Positions 38,071-48,584 of a DNA stretch of 64,000 nt are shown here, one piece after another. Below the pieces are notes generated by a model. That model was given only the letters and a program-made list of their open reading frames with translations. It did no database searches and was not told the origin of the DNA. This stretch comes from Acidobacteriota bacterium (GTDB taxonomy: Bacteria; Acidobacteriota; UBA6911; RPQK01; JAJDTT01), in assembly GCA_965217775.1 (NCBI GenBank), contig CBDCJH010000002.1, positions 5,440,001 to 5,504,000 on the forward strand, written 5' to 3'. The translations under genes were made by a program, and so were the position numbers. Position 1 is the stretch's first letter. The number at the start of each line of letters is the position of its first letter.

Positions 38071-41000
38071 ATGCAATATGAATTTCGTAGCCGTACAGGT
38101 AGTGGATTCCGCAACAGCATGATCGGGCTGGTAGCGATCCTTCTGGCCGCCTTCATCCCGGCGTCAGCGCAGGTTCTCACTTCCCGGGTCGACGGCACGG
38201 TGCGGGACCAGAGCGGCGCCGTCCTGCCCGGGGTTTCGGTGACGCTGACCAACGTCGATACCAACGCGGCCGAGGAGGCGGTGACGAGCGACATCGGACT
38301 TTACGTGTTTCCGCAGATTCCCCGTGGCGCCTATCGACTCGCGGCCCAGTTACCCGGTTTCAAGACCGGGGTCGTCGAAGGAGTTCGGGTCGAGTTGGCC
38401 ACGCCCGCCACGGTCGACGTCGTGCTGGAGGTCGGTGGGGTCGACGAGATGGTGACGGTGAGCGCGGCGCTGGCTCAGACCGTCATCAACCAGACCAACG
38501 CCGAGATCAACACCAACCTCAACCGCGAGCAGGTGAAGGAGCTTCCCCTGAACGGCCGCAACGTGACGCAATTGGCGCTCACCCAGGCCGGAGTGACCAG
38601 CGTGGGAGGGGCACGGTCGGCCTCCATCAACGGTACTCGAGGGACCTTCAACAACTTCACCCTGGACGGGATCAACAATCAGGACACATTTATCCGGACC
38701 GATGCCCTCTTCGGCATCATCCCGGTCCAGGAGAGCTTCATTGAGGAGATCAACATCACGACCGCCAACTCGGAGGTCGACGCCGGACTCGGAGCCTCTC
38801 AGACTCAGTTTGTGACCCGTTCCGGCAGCAACGAGTTCCACGGGGAACTTTTCTACTACCATCAGAACGACGCCCTCAACGCCACCGATTTCTTCAACAA
38901 CGCCGCCGGAGTCCCCAAGGAGAGGCTCCTGAACCATCAGTACGGCTTCAACTTGGGTGGCCCCATCCTGAAGGACAAGCTCTTCTTCTTCTTCAACTAT
39001 GAACGGGAGCCCAGTCCTTCTACCGTCTCCGTTGTCCGGACCGTCCTGAGAAACCCGGCCCGCGCCGGGAACTTCACATACGTCCGGCAGGACACCGGCG
39101 AGTTGGCCACACTTAATCTGTTCGAGCTCACCGGACTGAGCCCGGACCCCATCATCCAGTCCTTGATCAGCCTGACCCCGCCGCCCAACGACGCCACCGC
39201 GGGCGACGGGAGGAACACCGCAGGTTTCCGGTTCAACAGTCCCGATTCCTCCACCGGCGAATGGGTGGTCTTCCGGGGAGACTACGAGATCAACTCCAAC
39301 CACTCTCTCACCGGGACCTTTCACCAGTTCACGCTGGACGTGCCCAACAGCGCGTTCAACGGCATCGATTCCGTCTTTCCGGGTCTTCCGGGAGCAGGGC
39401 AGTCTTCCGGACGCCGGCTGGGATCCTTCTCCCTGAGGAGTGGACTCAGTCCGACCGTCACGAATGAAGGGCGGTTTGGTTTCCAGGTCTCCAGTCCCAG
39501 GTTTTTTACCACCGAAACTTTTCCGCAGGGATATCGGCTCAGTTTCGCCGGGGGATTCTCTAATCCGGTACAGGACTTCATGGCCCAGGGCCGCGACACT
39601 CGCAACCTGGACGCGATGGACAACCTGACCTGGGTCAACGGAAATCACACCATCAAGGTCGGTGGAGGCGTTCGCTGGACCAAAGTCGATTCGTTCAACG
39701 ATGCGGGGATCGTGCCGACCTATTATCTCGGTTTCGGCCCGGGGAATCCGGATCCGTTGGTTCCCGGCCTTTTCCCCGGCGGAATCTCTTCCAGCGACTT
39801 GGGCGCGGCCTCCGGGATGCTGGCAACCCTGGCCGGAGTCGTCGACGAGGCCGATCAGACGTTCAACGTCGCGTCGGTGGGTTCCGGGTACACCGATGGG
39901 GCCTCCGAAACCAACATCCTCAATCAGAATTTCGTCAACATTTATCTCGCGGATACCTGGCGCGTCACCCCCGAGTTCACCTTGAATTTCGGGTTTCGAT
40001 GGGAATTTCACTCGGTCCCGGATGAGGCCCGGGGATTGGCCCTGCTGCCGGTAGGAGGCCCCGAGTCCGTGCTCGATCCCAACGCCGTCATCGATTTCGC
40101 AGGCGCTTCCAATGGAAGGCCGTTCTTCAGGAACGACCTGAACAACTACGCTCCCAGCCTCGGGTTCGCTTGGCGAGTCTCGGACAAGACTGTGCTGCGC
40201 GGCGGCTACGGGCTCAACTACGTGGTCGACAACAATTTCACGACGGTGCTCAACGCGATGCGGGGTAACGCAGGTCTAAGCTTGGCGCAGACCGTCTCGG
40301 GAATCAGCGGCACCCTCAGCAGCGGTGGCCTGGTGCCGATTCCGGTCCCCGAATTCAAGGTCCCCCGTACCGCGCGTGATCAGGTCATGGCCGATCCCAC
40401 CGCGGCCCTCTTCACCATCGACGAGAACCTGAGAACCCCATATGTCCAGCAATGGAACATCGGCCTCCAGCATGAGTTCCTGCAGAACACCGCCGTCGAG
40501 CTGCGCTACGTGGGAAACCACGGCATCAAGCTCACCCGTGCCATCGATCTGAATCAGGTTCTGTTGCCGCCGGAGTTCGTCACGGACTTCAGGCGAGCTC
40601 AGAGGAATCTGGCGGCCTATGGAAGTCCCTATGCCGGCGAACCGTTGCAAATCTTTCCCCAACTCGGCTTTGCTGGGTTCCTTCAGTCCGGAGGCGTACA
40701 GAACTGGATTCGAAACGGCGAGATCGGGCAGTACATCGGTGGGTTCCTGGCGCCCAACCGGGTGTTCTTCTTCAACGGTGAAGGGGGCGAGAGGTTCGGG
40801 GCAACCCTTCCCATCAGCTTCTTCTTGCGCAATCCCAATGCCTTCGTCGCCGACGTGGTCGGCAACCATGCCTTCTCCAAATACAACGGGCTCCAGTTCG
40901 AAATTCGGCGGCAGTTTCGAGGGGGGTTCGCGGGGCAGTTCAACTATACCTGGGGCAAGGTGCTGACGAATTTCGCCGGCACCCAGTCCAATTTTCGCGG

Positions 41001-41700
41001 GTATTTCGACAATGCCCAGCAACACTTGGAGATCATGCGTCCCGACTTCGACATCACCCACACCTACAACGCCAACTGGGTCTGGGAGATCCCCTTCGGC
41101 CAAGGGCGCCGGTGGATGAACGGCGGCGGTTTCATGGAATATCTGGCCGGCGGTTGGGACCTCAGCGGATTCTTGAGGATCCGTTCCGGCGAGGTTGTCA
41201 ACCTCATCTCCGGAAGAGGAACCATCAATCGCGGCGGTTCCCGAGCGTTGACCAATACCGTTCATCTCACGGGAATCGACATCCCCGAGCTCCAGAACAA
41301 GACCGGGTCGTTCCGCGACGCACAGGGCCGTGTGATCCTGTTCGACCACCGCTTGATTGCAGACGGTGGGGGAATGGAATCGCGGTACTTTGCGAATCCC
41401 GCCATGTTGGAAGCGGGATCGCTGGGCCTGTCCCCCGTCAGTGGACCCTGGTTCGCGTCGTTGGATCTCGGGGTTCGCAAGAGCTTTCCGATCCCGGTGA
41501 CGGAGGATGCGCGGCTCCAGCTCCGGTTCGACTTCTTCAACAGTCTCAATCGGACGAATTTCGCAGTAACCAACAAGGGCATCGGCATCACCGGCCTCGG
41601 TGTCACCAACAGCCACAATCCCAACAGCCCCCTGTTCGGCCAGATCAGCTCCGCCTTTTCTCCCCGCGTGATGCAGGTTGGGATGAAAATCACTTTCTAG
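38071..41700 (+). CDS. Oar-like TonB-dependent receptor with carboxypeptidase-regulatory-like N-domain
   Basis: GTVRDQSGAVLPG, LPLNGRN, TRSGSNEFHG, PRVMQVGMKITF (terminal Phe). TATAAT upstream near 37966. Confidence 0.92.
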   Translation: MQYEFRSRTGSGFRNSMIGLVAILLAAFIPASAQVLTSRVDGTVRDQSGAVLPGVSVTLTNVDTNAAEEAVTSDIGLYVFPQIPRGAYRLAAQLPGFKTGVVEGVRVELATPATVDVVLEVGGVDEMVTVSAALAQTVINQTNAEINTNLNREQVKELPLNGRNVTQLALTQAGVTSVGGARSASINGTRGTFNNFTLDGINNQDTFIRTDALFGIIPVQESFIEEINITTANSEVDAGLGASQTQFVTRSGSNEFHGELFYYHQNDALNATDFFNNAAGVPKERLLNHQYGFNLGGPILKDKLFFFFNYEREPSPSTVSVVRTVLRNPARAGNFTYVRQDTGELATLNLFELTGLSPDPIIQSLISLTPPPNDATAGDGRNTAGFRFNSPDSSTGEWVVFRGDYEINSNHSLTGTFHQFTLDVPNSAFNGIDSVFPGLPGAGQSSGRRLGSFSLRSGLSPTVTNEGRFGFQVSSPRFFTTETFPQGYRLSFAGGFSNPVQDFMAQGRDTRNLDAMDNLTWVNGNHTIKVGGGVRWTKVDSFNDAGIVPTYYLGFGPGNPDPLVPGLFPGGISSSDLGAASGMLATLAGVVDEADQTFNVASVGSGYTDGASETNILNQNFVNIYLADTWRVTPEFTLNFGFRWEFHSVPDEARGLALLPVGGPESVLDPNAVIDFAGASNGRPFFRNDLNNYAPSLGFAWRVSDKTVLRGGYGLNYVVDNNFTTVLNAMRGNAGLSLAQTVSGISGTLSSGGLVPIPVPEFKVPRTARDQVMADPTAALFTIDENLRTPYVQQWNIGLQHEFLQNTAVELRYVGNHGIKLTRAIDLNQVLLPPEFVTDFRRAQRNLAAYGSPYAGEPLQIFPQLGFAGFLQSGGVQNWIRNGEIGQYIGGFLAPNRVFFFNGEGGERFGATLPISFFLRNPNAFVADVVGNHAFSKYNGLQFEIRRQFRGGFAGQFNYTWGKVLTNFAGTQSNFRGYFDNAQQHLEIMRPDFDITHTYNANWVWEIPFGQGRRWMNGGGFMEYLAGGWDLSGFLRIRSGEVVNLISGRGTINRGGSRALTNTVHLTGIDIPELQNKTGSFRDAQGRVILFDHRLIADGGGMESRYFANPAMLEAGSLGLSPVSGPWFASLDLGVRKSFPIPVTEDARLQLRFDFFNSLNRTNFAVTNKGIGITGLGVTNSHNPNSPLFGQISSAFSPRVMQVGMKITF

Positions 41701-41804
41701 CGCGAAGCCTCGGGGGTCGTGGTTGTTCCGGAAAGAACGTTGCGGTTCATATAACGCCAATTCCGACGAAAAATCCGGTTATTTCCCAGGGAGGAAAACG
41801 AATC

Positions 41805-43100
41805 ATGAGTCGATCGTCCATTCATCGGCGCTCTTTCCTGTCCCGTTCGGCAGGGGCCGGACTGGCGCTGGCGGGGTTTCCCGGCATCCTCAGTGCGCGC
41901 AACGTCAACAACAACATCAACGTCGGAATCGTGGGTCCGGGAGGGCGCGGCACCGGTCTCCTGAAGAGGTTTTTGGAGAGCGGCAGCCAATACGGAGCCC
42001 GCCTCACGGCAGTCTGCGATCTCTGGAACTACCGCCGCGATCGGGCCGCTGCCCTGGTCGAGGAAAAGGAAGGCCGGGCACCCCGGATCTACCGTCACCA
42101 TGAGGAGATCCTGGCGGACAAGGAAGTGGATGCCCTCATCATCGCCACTCCCGACCATGCCCACGCCCAGATTCTCAAGTTGGCCGCCGAAGCCGGGATG
42201 GACGCTTACTGCGAGAAACCCATGTCCAACGTGCTTTCCGAGGCCAACGAGGCGCTGGATGCCGTGCGCAAGGCGGGGGTCATCGTCCAGATCGGCACCC
42301 AGAGGCGAGCCAATCCCCGGTACCGGAAGGCGACCCGCATGATCGCCGACGGACTGATCGGGGACGTGGTCAAGGTGGACCTCCACTGGAGCTTCTACAG
42401 TCCCTACCGCTGGGCCCGGAAGAAAAAGGACCTCCTGATGGCTCGGGAGAGCGACCTGGACTGGAACACTTGGCTCATGGGACGGCCAAAGCGGCCCTTT
42501 GATCCCCGCATCTTTCGCAGCTTCCGCCTCTTCAAGGACTTTTCCAGCGGAATCATCGACCAGTGGATGAGCCACGGCATCGATCTGGCCCACATGTTGA
42601 CCGGTGTCTCCTATCCGGTGAGTGCCGTGTCCCACGGCGGAATCTACAAGTGGAAGGACTATCGGGAGAATGCCGATACCCAGGAAGTCGCCCTGGAGTA
42701 CCAGAAGGGTGACGGCAAGTTCCTGGCCGTCTACTCCACCAATTGGATCAACGGTTACGGCAACGGCACCCGGGTCCACGGCACCCTGGGGAGCTTCGAG
42801 GGGGAGTCCTTCTCCAACCCCGACGCGGATTGGCAATTCTCCGGCCAGGGCGTGAACTCCGAGGGCAAGATCCAGGATCGCATCGTGGTTCCCCGGGAGT
42901 CCGTAGACATGGACGAAATGGGAATGGCTCACATGACCAACTGGCTGGACGCCGTGCGCCGCCGAGACCCCAAGGGGCTGTTCTGTCCCGTCGAGGCCGG
43001 CTACGGTCACTCCATCGCCTGCATCATGGCGACCGACGCCTACTGGAGCGGCAAGCGCATGGTGTTCGATCCCAAGACGCGAGTCATTCAGGCCGGCTGA
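41805..43100 (+). CDS. Tat-exported Gfo/Idh/MocA oxidoreductase
   Basis: RRSFL Tat motif, GPGGRG, ATPDHAH, YCEKP. GGAGG RBS. Confidence 0.92.
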   Translation: MSRSSIHRRSFLSRSAGAGLALAGFPGILSARNVNNNINVGIVGPGGRGTGLLKRFLESGSQYGARLTAVCDLWNYRRDRAAALVEEKEGRAPRIYRHHEEILADKEVDALIIATPDHAHAQILKLAAEAGMDAYCEKPMSNVLSEANEALDAVRKAGVIVQIGTQRRANPRYRKATRMIADGLIGDVVKVDLHWSFYSPYRWARKKKDLLMARESDLDWNTWLMGRPKRPFDPRIFRSFRLFKDFSSGIIDQWMSHGIDLAHMLTGVSYPVSAVSHGGIYKWKDYRENADTQEVALEYQKGDGKFLAVYSTNWINGYGNGTRVHGTLGSFEGESFSNPDADWQFSGQGVNSEGKIQDRIVVPRESVDMDEMGMAHMTNWLDAVRRRDPKGLFCPVEAGYGHSIACIMATDAYWSGKRMVFDPKTRVIQAG

Positions 43101-43361
43101 CCAAGCGGCAGGGTCCGGCGTTCCATGGCAGGAACCGCCGGGCCGTTTGAATTTCGGTGCATTTCGCCCGAATGCGTGGGTTTTAAAGTCAGATCCACTG
43201 TGAAATAATTGTGACAGTGGCGTGAATATTCCATGACTGGACCAGGCGCAATAAACCGGCATCCCCACCTCATGGCGTCGCGTCAGAGAAATCGAATATA
43301 ACGTTGCCCAACCTGCACACGCACACGAACTAGACCAGTACCAACTGATTGGAGGCACATC

Positions 43362-46247
43362 ATGACGTTATCATTCTCGCGAAAGCGGTGGTTTCCCGCA
43401 ACGCTGGGTTTACGCGCAGTCGGCGTACTTGCGGCACTGGCTCTGGCAACCCTGATGGCTACGGGTTCCGCTGCCGGCCAATGTCTTGAGGTCCGGGTCC
43501 TGGACCCCTCCGCCGCCGCGATAGCCGGCGCTTCGGTACTGATCGGAGATCAGGAAAAGACCACCGACGAATCCGGGACCGCGGAATTCTGCGATCTCGG
43601 TCCGGCTCCGCACGCGGTCGTGATCGTCGCTCCCGATTTCCAAGTGCTGGAAGACCTGGTGCAGAAATCCGAGGGCAGGGTCGCCTTCACGCTGGAGGTC
43701 CTCCTGGAGACCGAACTGATCGTGGTCGGGACGCGCGCCGAAGCGCGGTCCAGCACCGAATCGATGGTTCCCGTCGACGTGATCGGCGGCGCGGATTTCA
43801 CCAATCAGGGAACCACCGACGTGACCGACCTGATGCGCACGCTGACCCCCTCGTTCAACGTCAACACCCAGCCCATCAGCGACGCGGCCACCATCGTGCG
43901 GCCGGCCAACCTGCGCAACATGGCCCCGGACCACACGCTGATCCTTGTCAACGGCAAGCGCCGCCACCGCGCAGCCGTAATCGCCTGGCTGGGCAATGGT
44001 ATTGCCGACGGGGCGCAGGGGCCGGATCTGTCCACCATACCCGCCATCGCTCTGCGGCAGGTCGAGGTGCTGCGCGACGGCGCGGCCGCGCAATACGGTT
44101 CCGACGCCATTGCCGGCGTCATCAACTTCGAGTTGAAGAACGCCCGCTCCGGGGGCAGCGTGGAGTTCCGCACCGGCCAGTACTTCGACGAGAACGACGG
44201 CGACCCGGGCTCGTGCGGTCCCATCGGCCGCTCGTGCAACGGCATCGGCGGTCGCGGTATGAACTACGCTTTCGCCGGTAACGTGGGTCTGCCGCTCGGC
44301 CCCGAAGGGTTCGTGAATATCAGCCTCGAGTACGGCGGCACGCAGCCCACCAATCGGGCCGTGAATGACAGCGGTACGGCGGCGGTGATCAACGGCGGCA
44401 ACGCCCACGTGCGGACCACGTCGCGTGTCTGGGGCACGCCGCTGGTCGAGGACGATCTGAAGCTGTTCGCCAACTTCGGCACCGGGGGGGATCGGGCGGA
44501 GTTCTACGGCCACACGAACTACGCCAGCAAGAAGGTGACTGGCGGCTTCTATTACCGCAATCCCAACAACCGCGGCAACGTGTATTCGGTCGACGGCGGC
44601 GAGTCGTTGCTGGTCGGCGACGGGCTGGCGGCGAAGGGCACGGGCTCGGCCAATTGCCCGACGGTCAACATCGTCGACGGCACGCCGGATCAGGCCGCCT
44701 TCGCGGCGGTCCGCAACGATCCGAACTGCTTCACGTTCCACCAGCCGTTCCTTGGCGCACCGGACGGCCTGCCGGGCGGCTTCACGCCCCAGTTCGGCGG
44801 CGACGTCAACGATTACTCACTGGTCTCCGGCGTGCGCGGGACCGCGATGAACGGACTCCACTGGGACATCAGCGGTTCCACCGGCCGGAGCCACGTGCAG
44901 ACCTTCATCTTCGACACGGTCAACGCCTCTCTCGGCCCCGAGAGCCCGACCCGGTTCGAGCCGAACCTGCTGCAGCAGACCGAAAACAGCCTCAACGCGG
45001 ACATGTCGTACGCCGCGAGCGACATGATCAACGTCGCCGGGGGCTTCGAGTGGCGGAACGAGCAGTACCACCTCGGCGAAGGCGATCAGGCGTCCTGGGC
45101 GATCGGCCCCTACGGCGCGCAGGGCTTCAGCTCCGCCTCCAACGGCTACAACGGCACCCGACCCGAGAACGCCGGCACCTGGGACCGCGCCAATTACGCG
45201 GGGTACGGGGACGTCGAGCTGCACGGCGGCGCCAACGACTGGAACCTCGGTGCCGCCGTACGCGTCGAGGACTTCTACGACAGCTTCGGCACGACGATAA
45301 ACGGCAAGCTGTCGGGGCGCTATGGCGTCACCGACATCTTCGCGCTGCGCGCCGCGGTCAGCAGCGGCTTCCGCGCCCCGACGCCGGGTCAGCAGAACGT
45401 GCTGAACGTGACGACCGAGTTCGACTACGCGCTGAACGACCTGATCAACAACGGCACCATCCCGTCCACATCGCCGGTCGCGGCACTTCGGGGCGGGGAG
45501 CCCCTGCAGCCGGAACAGTCGACCAACTACTCGTTCGGGACGGTCGTCGACACCGGTGGTCCGTTCACCGTCACCGCCGACTATTTCCGCGTCAACGTGT
45601 CGGACCGGCTCACCATCACGAGGAACTACAGCCTTTCGGTGGACGAGGTCGCGACGCTGGTGGCCGACGGGATTACCGAAGCCGGCAACCTTGCCGCGTT
45701 CCGCTTCTTCGTGAACGACTTCTCGACCCTCACGCAGGGGGTCGACGTCGTCGCGTCCTGGACGCCGCTGGCCATCGGCGGACGGACCACGTTCACCGGC
45801 GTCTTCAACTACACCGACACGCAAGTGACCGAGTTCAGCGAGGAGCACTTCGACACGGACCGAGTCACGTCGCTGACCGTGGGGCTGCCGAGGATTCGCT
45901 GGAACTTCGGGGCCACCCACACCGCAAACCGCTGGACCCTGATGACCCGGCTGCACTACTACGGTTCGTACTGGGATCGGGAGGACGCGCGCTCGGCGAT
46001 GGGCGTGGCGATGTCGCACATGTATCCGCTGTACAGCGGCAAGCCGCTGGTCGACGTCGAGCTCGGCTTCCCGATCAGCGACGTCACGCTGTCGATCGGG
46101 GCGCAGAACGTCTTCAATACCTACCCGGACGAGAATCCGGGCGCCCTCGCCGGGGTGGGCAACCGTTACGGCCAATTCGGGCCGTTCGGCTTCAACGGCG
46201 GCTACTACTATGTCCGGGTCGGCTACACCTTCGGCAACAACTTCTAG
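43362..46247 (+). CDS. TonB-dependent receptor
   Basis: Plug motifs TLILVNGKRRH and VEVLRDGAAAQYGSDAIAGVINF, SGFRAPT, terminal Phe. Confidence 0.93.
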   Translation: MTLSFSRKRWFPATLGLRAVGVLAALALATLMATGSAAGQCLEVRVLDPSAAAIAGASVLIGDQEKTTDESGTAEFCDLGPAPHAVVIVAPDFQVLEDLVQKSEGRVAFTLEVLLETELIVVGTRAEARSSTESMVPVDVIGGADFTNQGTTDVTDLMRTLTPSFNVNTQPISDAATIVRPANLRNMAPDHTLILVNGKRRHRAAVIAWLGNGIADGAQGPDLSTIPAIALRQVEVLRDGAAAQYGSDAIAGVINFELKNARSGGSVEFRTGQYFDENDGDPGSCGPIGRSCNGIGGRGMNYAFAGNVGLPLGPEGFVNISLEYGGTQPTNRAVNDSGTAAVINGGNAHVRTTSRVWGTPLVEDDLKLFANFGTGGDRAEFYGHTNYASKKVTGGFYYRNPNNRGNVYSVDGGESLLVGDGLAAKGTGSANCPTVNIVDGTPDQAAFAAVRNDPNCFTFHQPFLGAPDGLPGGFTPQFGGDVNDYSLVSGVRGTAMNGLHWDISGSTGRSHVQTFIFDTVNASLGPESPTRFEPNLLQQTENSLNADMSYAASDMINVAGGFEWRNEQYHLGEGDQASWAIGPYGAQGFSSASNGYNGTRPENAGTWDRANYAGYGDVELHGGANDWNLGAAVRVEDFYDSFGTTINGKLSGRYGVTDIFALRAAVSSGFRAPTPGQQNVLNVTTEFDYALNDLINNGTIPSTSPVAALRGGEPLQPEQSTNYSFGTVVDTGGPFTVTADYFRVNVSDRLTITRNYSLSVDEVATLVADGITEAGNLAAFRFFVNDFSTLTQGVDVVASWTPLAIGGRTTFTGVFNYTDTQVTEFSEEHFDTDRVTSLTVGLPRIRWNFGATHTANRWTLMTRLHYYGSYWDREDARSAMGVAMSHMYPLYSGKPLVDVELGFPISDVTLSIGAQNVFNTYPDENPGALAGVGNRYGQFGPFGFNGGYYYVRVGYTFGNNF

Positions 46248-46253
46248 GAGCGC

Positions 46254-46330
46254 TGGGAGCGGCGGTTTTCTTGCCGCCTGGAGGGGCGACTTTCTTGTCG
46301 CCCCTTGGGAGCAGCGACTTTCTTGTCGCC
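46254..46330. repeat. three tandem REP-like hairpins
   Basis: TGG(G)AG.(G/A)GCG(A/G)(C/T)TTTCTTG(T/C)CGCC three times. Confidence 0.8.
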
Positions 46331-46414
46331 GACAGGGGCGTCTAGGGGGGACGCAGTCCTCCCTAGACATTCCGGAATAAACGACAACCATCCGCCTCTT
46401 CTCATCGGACGAAA

Positions 46415-46443
46415 GAGGGCACCCACACAAAGGGGTGCCCTTA
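46415..46443. repeat. GTAG-class REP-like palindrome, copy 1
   Basis: GAGGGCACCCACACAAAGGGGTGCCC, nearly identical to 55562. Confidence 0.7.
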
Positions 46444-48114
46444 CCGGTAGTCGATAAACACCTCCACCCCCTGAACCCGTATCGGCTTGAGCGGGGGCTT
46501 CCCGTTCCGGCGTCTCAGCCGAATCGTCAGCTCATTGAGCTCCTGCCGGACGGGAGCATTTTCGAATCGTAGTTCCCAGCTTCCCATCTCTCCCCGCAAC
46601 CCCCGCCCATTCAGCTCCAGCCGCAGATCGTCGTCCCACCGGCTGTATCCACTCAAACTCACTACCAGACTCAGCGATTCAATAACCCCATCCTCCCGAG
46701 CCCCCTCCAAGTCGTCCCCCACGAAAAGGCGAAGAGTCTTCTCCTGCCCCGCGCCGAGGTCGACGGGAAGCTGCATTTCTCCTCCCTCCTCCGGAGTCCT
46801 GGCCGCCATGTCCCTGGTGATGAAGTAATGCTTGTCCTTTCGTGAGATGAGCCCGGGATCGCCGATCTCCATCAGCATCTGCCGTTCTTCAGGGCTCAGG
46901 AGAGGATTCCGGGACGTATCGATCAAGGAGTTGACGGCATTGTGGCGCTGAATGCCGCTGGCGTGGGTGTCGAAGTTGAAAAGATGCAGCCCGCTCACGC
47001 CCTGGCCCCATAAACTCTGGGCCGCCGCCCGCATCATCTCCAGGCTGGCCCGTCCCGTCTTGGAACCCGTGTAATCTGTGACATAGAGGTCCGAGATCCC
47101 GCCGACCACCTGGACCCGGGTCCCGCGGGCCGCTTCCACGAAGCTGACCAAGTCCGGCGTCATATCCAGGTAGCCCCGGGTCGCAGGCGCCACCATGTCC
47201 ACCAGGTCCTCCCGGATCCAGGTCATCACATCGAATCCGATCTCCCGGTTCAGGGCCAAGGTAGGGAGAACCCGGACCATGAGAGTGATCCGGCGCCCCT
47301 TCTGACGTTCGATCTCCTCCAGCCGGTTGCGAATCCGCCGCACGAAGCCGGTCATGATGGGAACGCCCGCTTCCTCCCGGCCCTTTTTGAACACCATGGG
47401 GTGGCTCAGGAAATCGAGTTCGATCCCGTCCACGTCGTAGTCGCGGCAGATCTCCTCGATGAGTCCGAATTTCAGGTCCCGGACCTCCTGCTGGGTGTAG
47501 TCGAAGGCGTAGCTGAAATCCCGCCCGTAAAGGCTCACATAGCGGTCCGGAACATCTTGGCCGATGGCGACGTGGGGCCTATCCCGCTCCCACCGGCCCC
47601 GTTTCGACGGCCAGCGCTCCACCCAGTCCTTGTGGATGTCGTTCATCCTGAGACTGGCCCAGAATTTCATTCCCAGCTCGCGGGTGCGGGCCGCCCAGAT
47701 CTCCAAGGGGTCGGTCTCTTGCTCCAGAAGGCCCAGGACGTTTTGGGCCAGACGCCGGAAGTTGGGGTTCTCGAACTCGGTCATTCCCCGGCCGTACACT
47801 TCTCCCACCTGGGTGTCGTAGAGCACGTAGGTTCCATAGGAGGCGCACTGGATGAAGACGTCCACCTGAGTCCCTTCCAGTTCGTTGACCACACGGCAGA
47901 CCTGGTCGGGTGTGATGGGAGGGCCGTTCGCGTACAAAGCTCCGCTCCCCCCGTCGCTGTTGAGATAGAGGCGGGCCGGTTTGCGGGGCGCCGCCGCCGA
48001 TTCCTCTGCCTTATCCGAACTCCGCTCGGGTCCACTTCCGCCGCAGCCGCTGAGAAGGATCAGGGCCGCGAGCAACCAAGCGGAAACCATTCTAGTGACG
48101 GGTCTCATCTCCAC
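46441..48114 (-). CDS. GH-like (GHL10-type) TIM-barrel lipoprotein, paralog 1
   Basis: Lipobox LSGC, NSDG, SLRMNDIH, YDVDGIELDF. Confidence 0.75.
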   Translation of the reverse strand: MEMRPVTRMVSAWLLAALILLSGCGGSGPERSSDKAEESAAAPRKPARLYLNSDGGSGALYANGPPITPDQVCRVVNELEGTQVDVFIQCASYGTYVLYDTQVGEVYGRGMTEFENPNFRRLAQNVLGLLEQETDPLEIWAARTRELGMKFWASLRMNDIHKDWVERWPSKRGRWERDRPHVAIGQDVPDRYVSLYGRDFSYAFDYTQQEVRDLKFGLIEEICRDYDVDGIELDFLSHPMVFKKGREEAGVPIMTGFVRRIRNRLEEIERQKGRRITLMVRVLPTLALNREIGFDVMTWIREDLVDMVAPATRGYLDMTPDLVSFVEAARGTRVQVVGGISDLYVTDYTGSKTGRASLEMMRAAAQSLWGQGVSGLHLFNFDTHASGIQRHNAVNSLIDTSRNPLLSPEERQMLMEIGDPGLISRKDKHYFITRDMAARTPEEGGEMQLPVDLGAGQEKTLRLFVGDDLEGAREDGVIESLSLVVSLSGYSRWDDDLRLELNGRGLRGEMGSWELRFENAPVRQELNELTIRLRRRNGKPPLKPIRVQGVEVFIDYR

Positions 48115-48129
48115 TTCACCGGTGTTGCC

Positions 48130-48551
48130 AGATTACGCGCCAGAGGATGAAGAGCCCGCTGGCCAGGCAGCGGACCCGGACGTCGAAACGGTGCTCCAGG
48201 TATTCGTAGGCGCTGTAGAGTCGCAAACGGTGGTAGATAGGGAAGGAAGATCCGGTTGACGATGGGCACGCACAGCAGAATCACGAAGGGACCCACGAAG
48301 AAGATCTGGCCGTTCTCCTGGGTGACCAAGGGGAGGGCCATGAAGCTGTTGGCGCTGAAGAGAGTGGCGATCAGGGAGAGTCCCACCGGCATCCAGGCCA
48401 TGGAACGTCCGGCCAGGAAGAAGTCCCGGGTTGTATTCTGACCCCTGTAGAAGGAAGCCCCCAACAACACCGTGGCCGCCAGGTAACCAGCCAGGATGAT
48501 CCAATCCAGAGTCTCCCGCCCACCGGGTGCGATCGGCGATTCTGATGTCAT
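48130..48551 (-). pseudogene. truncated, frameshifted sodium:solute symporter
   Basis: LDWIILAGY...DFFLAGRSMAWMPVGLSLIATLFSA. A shifted frame continues SAYEYLEHRFDVRVRCLASGLFILWR and then ends. Confidence 0.85.
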
Positions 48552-48584
48552 GGACGGAAGCTCTCCAACCGTGGATCGTCCGGT

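Noticed and set aside
43100-43361. Riboswitch (e.g. cobalamin or TPP) upstream of the TonB receptor
   Set aside because: AT-richer promoter-like region. I could not find the conserved riboswitch cores.
46254-46330. Possible mini-CRISPR array
   Set aside because: Repeats are adjacent with no unique spacers and no cas genes. A REP-like cluster fits better.
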